Positions 41,532-64,000 of a stretch of DNA of 64,000 nucleotides are shown here, in pieces. The translations under genes and the position numbers were made by a program. Position 1 is the first letter of the stretch. Every line of letters begins with the position of its first letter. Source of the DNA: the human T2T-CHM13v2.0 reference genome, Homo sapiens; the NCBI RefSeq assembly GCF_009914755.1, contig NC_060925.1, one strand, 5' to 3'. The notes beneath the pieces were generated by a model that did no database searches, had not been told where the DNA came from, and saw only the letters and a program-made list of their open reading frames with translations.

Positions 41532-42652
41532 GGCAAGTGACTCACTGGGGCCCTCTAAGAGCCTGGCTTCCCTCCCTTGGCATGCAGAAGCAGCTAGAAG
41601 GGCTCAGTGGCAGCAGCACCAGCGGCCGTAGCCCCACTCCCTTGTCCCAGAGGTGTGAGTCAGGGTGTTTGCTGCTTATGATGTCTAACTCTTGGCTGTC
41701 TTTCCAGCTGTCCCCTGGGTCACTCTATATCCATGTGTGGGCACACGTGTCTAAGCTTGTGTGCACTGCTGGGTTTTCCTAGGGTGTGTGGCCACTTGTG
41801 TGTATGTGCATTTGTCATCTCCACATAGGCAGTGCCAGGACACAAGAGCTGATATGAGTGAAGTCTGGCTGCCTCTACCTGTGTCCTTTGTCTCTGAATG
41901 CCTGGTGCCCACTGAGCTGCTGATAGGGCTGACTAACAAGAGTAATCAGGACAGCTCCCACCGTTGTGCCACACTCTGCATGGAGCACTTGAGACAGTAT
42001 TAGGTAGGAGGCTGTTTACAGCTGAGGAAGCCAGTGCTCAGAGAAGGAAATTAATGTGCCCAAACACACACAGCTAATAATGGCAGGGCTAGGATTCAAA
42101 TCAAGTCTGATGGATTCCAAAAAACTTGGCTTTGAATCCCTGCTGCATCACTTACAAGCTGGGTGACTATGTGCAAATTGCCCAATCTTCCCCTTCTGTC
42201 CAAACAGGGATAACGCTTGGGGGATCACTGTGAGGACTCGGAGTTATAGAAACAGCTTTTTGCAAGACCCAGCGAGCACTCATACTCATCTCAGTTGAAG
42301 GGCTTCAATGAGGTGGGTGACCAAAAGACAGGCATAAAGAAGGCCCCAGCCCAGCAAGCTCCACTCTCTGACAAAACAAAAAGCCTAGGGATTCCGGAAG
42401 CCCTGACTCTGACAAAAATGAGTTCTGGGTTTTCCAGAGCTCTAATTATCAGCTAGATGAATCACTCTGCGCTGACACCACCATTCCTACCCCCAGGAGA
42501 CTCTCAGCTGATTGAAAATCCAGGATTTTAACAAAGGAGAGGAGGAGGAACAGAAAGCTAGGAGGAGAAGAAGTAATGAATAGAAACCAAAGGTGCCAGC
42601 CAGAGGAAATGAGAAACTGTCATCAGGACACTACCATGAGGAGAACGCTGGG

Positions 42653-42685
<33 letters not shown>

Positions 42686-42688
42686 CAC
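42653..42688. repeat. (CA)n microsatellite
   Basis: Direct reading of the sequence. Confidence 0.95.
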
Positions 42689-43218
42689 GCTGACATACTC
42701 TTGCTGGCTCTCCAACTCTAGGCTTACGGCAGACGGTGCTGCCATAACAAAGTGACGCCTGTCACAACAGCATGAGATGGTGGCTTGACAAGGTATAGGC
42801 AGATCTGCCTATCACAGAAGGAGGGAAAGAGACCTTCAACCCCCAGGGGCTTCCTCAGGCTTCTGAACCCTCGTCTCCATTACTGGTTGGCTCTGGCTTC
42901 TCTTTGTCACCAAATCGCAAGGCCTAAATCTGGCAAATTTTGAGTGTCAGACCTACACCCTGTGGCTAGGTACCACCACTGTGGTGAACAAAGGCACCTC
43001 TTATACTCTGTCATCAGTATGATGCCAAGAGTGCTGGGAAACAGAATAGCACAGCAGTTAAGATCATTGAGTTGGAGTCACACAGACCTGAGTTCAAATC
43101 CCCATTCTGTTGTTCACCTTGAGCAGGCCACATAACTTCCTTGAGCCGGTTTGCTCAAATGTAAAATGGTGCTATTAATATATGGGGTTTTTATAATGAT
43201 ATAATAAGATTACTTTCA

Positions 43219-47745
<4,527 letters not shown>

Positions 47746-48333
47746 GCCACTTTCACTAAGACGGTTGTTTGCCTGTGGCAGGCCTAGAATGACAACAAGG
47801 CAGCTACTACAAGGACGTGGGTTCTAACCCTGAGAACCCAATAACTCTCAGATTAGAGATGGAATTCCTGCTCCCACAGGTGCAGGAATGTGTGTGCCGA
47901 GCTCCCACACCCCAGGGGAGGAGGGCCCAGGATACTGCAACCTCTCTGCTTCAGGAAACAGCAACAAGACTAACAGCCTCTTCAACAAGGACTCTGAATA
48001 GAAAAGCCATTTTCCACCTGACCAGACTGAAGTACTCTCCTACCATTCTAAAACTGCTACATATTAGAATTGCCTGGGAAATTAAAAAAACTCATAGCCC
48101 TCAGACCATACCCCATACCAATGAAATATGAATCTGTGAGGGTGGGACAGGTGATTCCAACGTGCAGCCAAGCTTGAGTCTGCCCCCGACTACACAGGAT
48201 GGCCTGGGAGCGCAGCACACAGAAGGGAAAGCCTGGGGCACGGACCTGTTTGTATCCAAGTTGGGTTTCATGAGAAAATGAACACAACTGCATGAGAAAT
48301 GGAGACACTTAGAGGTGGCTCAGGCTGAGCATG

Positions 48334-48339
48334 TTTAAT
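48334..48339 (-). terminator. LSM10: Probable LSM10 polyadenylation signal ATTAAA
   Basis: ATTAAA ~300 nt after the stop codon on the minus strand, followed by GT/T-rich sequence. Confidence 0.6.
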
Positions 48340-48641
48340 TATCCTCACTGGGAGAGTTGAAAACTACTTGACAGGTTCCATAATCAATAAGTCAGAGATT
48401 CAGATCATCAAAAAGGGGGATTGTCACCTACCCCAAGGCCACATATAGGATTCTGGGTCCCAGAGTGAGTCTGGGAGGTGGAACCCTGTGAAAGGCAGCT
48501 TTGACAGGTGGTGTCTGTTGGACACCAGCTTCTGGCCTGGCCCTGCTTTCTTCTCGGGTACCAGACAGGGTGTGAGGGCAGGGAACTAGCTCCGGAGATC
48601 ACTGGAGGACTCCGAGTTGGGGCCAGGGCTTGCTGAGGGCC

Positions 48642-49064
<423 letters not shown>

Positions 49065-49264
49065 CTATAGCAGGGTAGGGGGTACAGTTGCCAACTCACC
49101 TCCACCAGGTTCTCAAACAAAATTCCCAGCACAGACCACCTCTGCAATTTTTGTATCTGTGGACACAGATGCTTCCCGCACATGTCTCATAGAATCCTCA
49201 CACCAACTTGCAAGCCAAGGATTACTTATGCTCATTTTATGAATGAGAAAAATATGGCTAGGAT

Positions 49265-51964
<2,700 letters not shown>

Positions 51965-52349
51965 TTATGAAAACCTAGAAAAGTTAATGTCTCTGAACCT
52001 GTTTCCACATTTATTAAACTACAGGAGAAACAAAGCTACCAGAATCACACTCCACTAAAGGTACTCTCCTTTGATTTCAACATGCCCTGATAATGTATTA
52101 GTGCACTATGTCTTACCTATCCCTTATTTTCAGACCTGAGTTAAAGGGGGTGGAACGCTCTCTCTTTACGACCTCACTCAGCATCCCGTCCAGGGCTGTG
52201 CAGTGTGGCACTGAGCGTGGCAAGCCAGACTAGGCCAGTGACGAGGGGGCCTGGGAGCTAGGTCCCTGGGCATGGCCTAACGACCAGCCACCCGGCTGCA
52301 GCCTGATGAATCTGCGATCAAGCAAAGGTATGGGGCTGCTGCTGCGACT

Positions 52350-52990
52350 GCAAAGAGCAGTCACCGGACCTCGAGTCAGGCCCGGGTTCTAGAACAGGCT
52401 TTGCCACCTCCTAGGAGGGCGATCACTTAGCAAACCACTTAGCTTCTCCAAGCTAGCTAAGCTACCGGTAAAACGGGATGAGCACCGCTTACTCAGAGCA
52501 GCGGGAGCGGGTCTGGGGAAAGGAGCTATACTCGGTAAATGGGGAAGAAAACGCTTCCTGGGCTCCGGCACCTCCTTCCGGAGGTCCTGGCATCCCCCGC
52601 ATTCCGCCCCGGGGCTCCCTGCACCGCCGACCCGGACCCACCACGCGACATTCCTTCCGCTTTCCCCGTCTGGGTCGCCGCCGAAGCTAGCGGGCGCCTG
52701 GACTGGCTGCCTCCCGCCGGCTGCAGCAGGACGGAGAAACCATGCCGGCGACCGGGCCGCTCTGTCCTCCGGGCGCAGAGTGCGTCAGTGCTCTGCGAGT
52801 CACCGCGTCACGGAGAAACTACAATCCCCAGAATGCTTCGCGGCGCGGGGCTCGTGCTCCGCAAATCCCGGCCTGCGTCATTGGAGTCTCTTTCACTAGA
52901 GTCGTTCATTCATTCCGCACGCATTCACTGAACCGGCGACCTGGGCCAGGCTCCTTCCCAGGCTCCGGCACGGAGCGGTGACCAAGATCA
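52350..52990. promoter_or_regulatory. LSM10: LSM10 CpG-island promoter with a ZNF143/THAP11-type motif
   Basis: CpG-rich. ACTACAATCCCCAGAATGC at 52818-52836, several CGTCA half-CREs, ATTGG at ~52870. Confidence 0.8.
52642..52795 (-). other. LSM10: Probable LSM10 non-coding exon 1
   Basis: CpG island 3.6 kb upstream of the coding exon. Best visible donor is GTG|gtgggt at 52642; both ends are uncertain. Confidence 0.5.
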
Positions 52991-53365
52991 AGTGGCTCCC
53001 TGAGCTGATGGCGCTGCAGGGGAGAGAGTCTTAAGAAAACAAAGAAGAAAAATAGGGAAAAATTTCTTCAGAAGATTAAAGGTGTGATGTGATGATGACA
53101 AGGTGGTCTTTTATTGGATTGTCAGGGGTGCCCTGAGAAGGTGACATTTGAGTTGAGATTAGTGACATGAAGCCAAGCTTGTGAAAACTATGGGAGGAGC
53201 ATTGCAATTAGCGGGAACAGTTTGTTAAGTAAAATTTATAGGAGGCAGGGCCGGGTGCAGAGGCCCACACCTGTAATCCCAGCACTTTGGAGGACAAGGT
53301 GGAAGGATCACTGGAGCCCAGGAGTTCGAGACCAGTCTGGGCAACATGGGGAGACCCTGTCTCTA

Positions 53366-54002
<637 letters not shown>

Positions 54003-54325
54003 GTTCATGCAAAGAACCTGGGGGAAATGACCTTGACAATTTAGGAACACAGGAAAGGCCAGGGAAGCTGGGGAGAGTGGTATAACGAGGCCAGAGAGGA
54101 AGCAGGAACCAGAGCATATAGGGCTTTGTGAGCCAAGGTAAGGAGTTTAGATTTCATGGTTAGGAGTGCAGCCTCCGGATACAGTGCCTAGGTTCAAATC
54201 TACTCCTGGCTAATTGTGACTTTGGGCAAGTTAGTATCTTCTCTGTGCCTCAGTCTTCTCATCTAGTACTAGAAGTGCTATGACAGGCTATTGAAAGGGA
54301 GCGAAGTGATTTGATTTACTTGTAG

Positions 54326-54583
<258 letters not shown>

Positions 54584-54657
54584 TAAGATTTAAGTGACCT
54601 TCATTAATGTGTGAAAGCATCTGGCACAGAGAAGAAGCTCAGTAAATTAGGCTTCTT

Positions 54658-57348
<2,691 letters not shown>

Positions 57349-57604
57349 AGGCTTCTTTCATTCCTTCACTCTCTCATTCATTGATTTCCATCTCTCCTAG
57401 GAGGCTTCCCTTTTTATCAGCAATCACAGTTGGGCTCTTCTTATTCTAAAAATAAAATTGTCTTTCTCCTCCATGCAATCTACTGTTTTCTTACTTTCCA
57501 CAGTCAAACTTCTCAAAAGGCCCTTATGCCAGCCTTTCCGCAAGTATGATCACTTTTCCAGCTATCTATGTGAGACTGGATTTGCTTCTCTTCTTTTAAA
57601 TATT

Positions 57605-57744
57605 CAGTCTCCATAGAGACTGTCAAAAGTTGCCAATGCCGACTATATTGCAAGTTTTCATGGCTGGGTGTTGGGATTTTTCAGTGAGCGAGAATTGTGC
57701 CGCAGATAAACCTCATTGTTGATAATACTGCTACTTACATAAGT
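57605..57744 (-). pseudogene. U4 snRNA retrocopy (RNU4-type pseudogene)
   Basis: Reverse complement contains AATGAGGTTTATC...ACTTGCAATATAGTCGGCATTGGCAACTTTTGACAGTCTCTATGGAGACTG, matching U4. Flanked by TTTTAAA at 57594-57600 and 57744-57750. Confidence 0.9.
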
Positions 57745-57750
57745 TTTAAA

Positions 57751-59150
<1,400 letters not shown>

Positions 59151-59307
59151 AATTTCTGAATGAATTAATATTACATTTTTATTTTAATTTCCAATATGAC
59201 AGAAAATACATATAACCCACATAATCTGTCAATCATTTTGAAGAGTATGTAGAGGTTCCAAGACCAAGAAGAAGTTTGAGAACTGCTGCTGTACAGTGAG
59301 GCTTCCA

Positions 59308-64000
<4,693 letters not shown>

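Overview
Human (primate) genomic DNA, Alu-dense, carrying two tandem minus-strand genes that I recognise from their proteins. STK40, a Tribbles-related pseudokinase, has a non-coding exon 1 in a CpG island at ~40.6-40.8 kb and six coding exons between 16214 and 3579 (codons 1-246); its remaining exons lie left of the window. LSM10, the U7 snRNP Sm-like protein, has a CpG-island exon 1 at ~52.65-52.8 kb and a single coding exon with a 123-aa CDS at 48642-49013. The rest is mostly repeats: dozens of Alus, MIR/L2/L1 fragments, MER2/MER5 DNA-transposon relics, ERV LTRs, a U4 snRNA retrocopy, an AT-rich minisatellite and a (CCTT)n tract. The most interesting signal is the STK40 5' regulatory module: a strong-Kozak poly-glycine uORF encoded by a (GGC)8 repeat, a second 3-codon strong-Kozak uORF, and a perfect C/EBP-ATF (AARE) element plus AP-1 sites upstream. 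Other highlights: an in-frame +15 nt alternative acceptor, inverted Alus bracketing exons 3-4 (circRNA geometry), a triple-nested AluJ holding a TSD-flanked solo LTR, and a palindrome joining the U4 retrocopy to the minisatellite. Repeat subfamily names and TSS positions are by eye and approximate.
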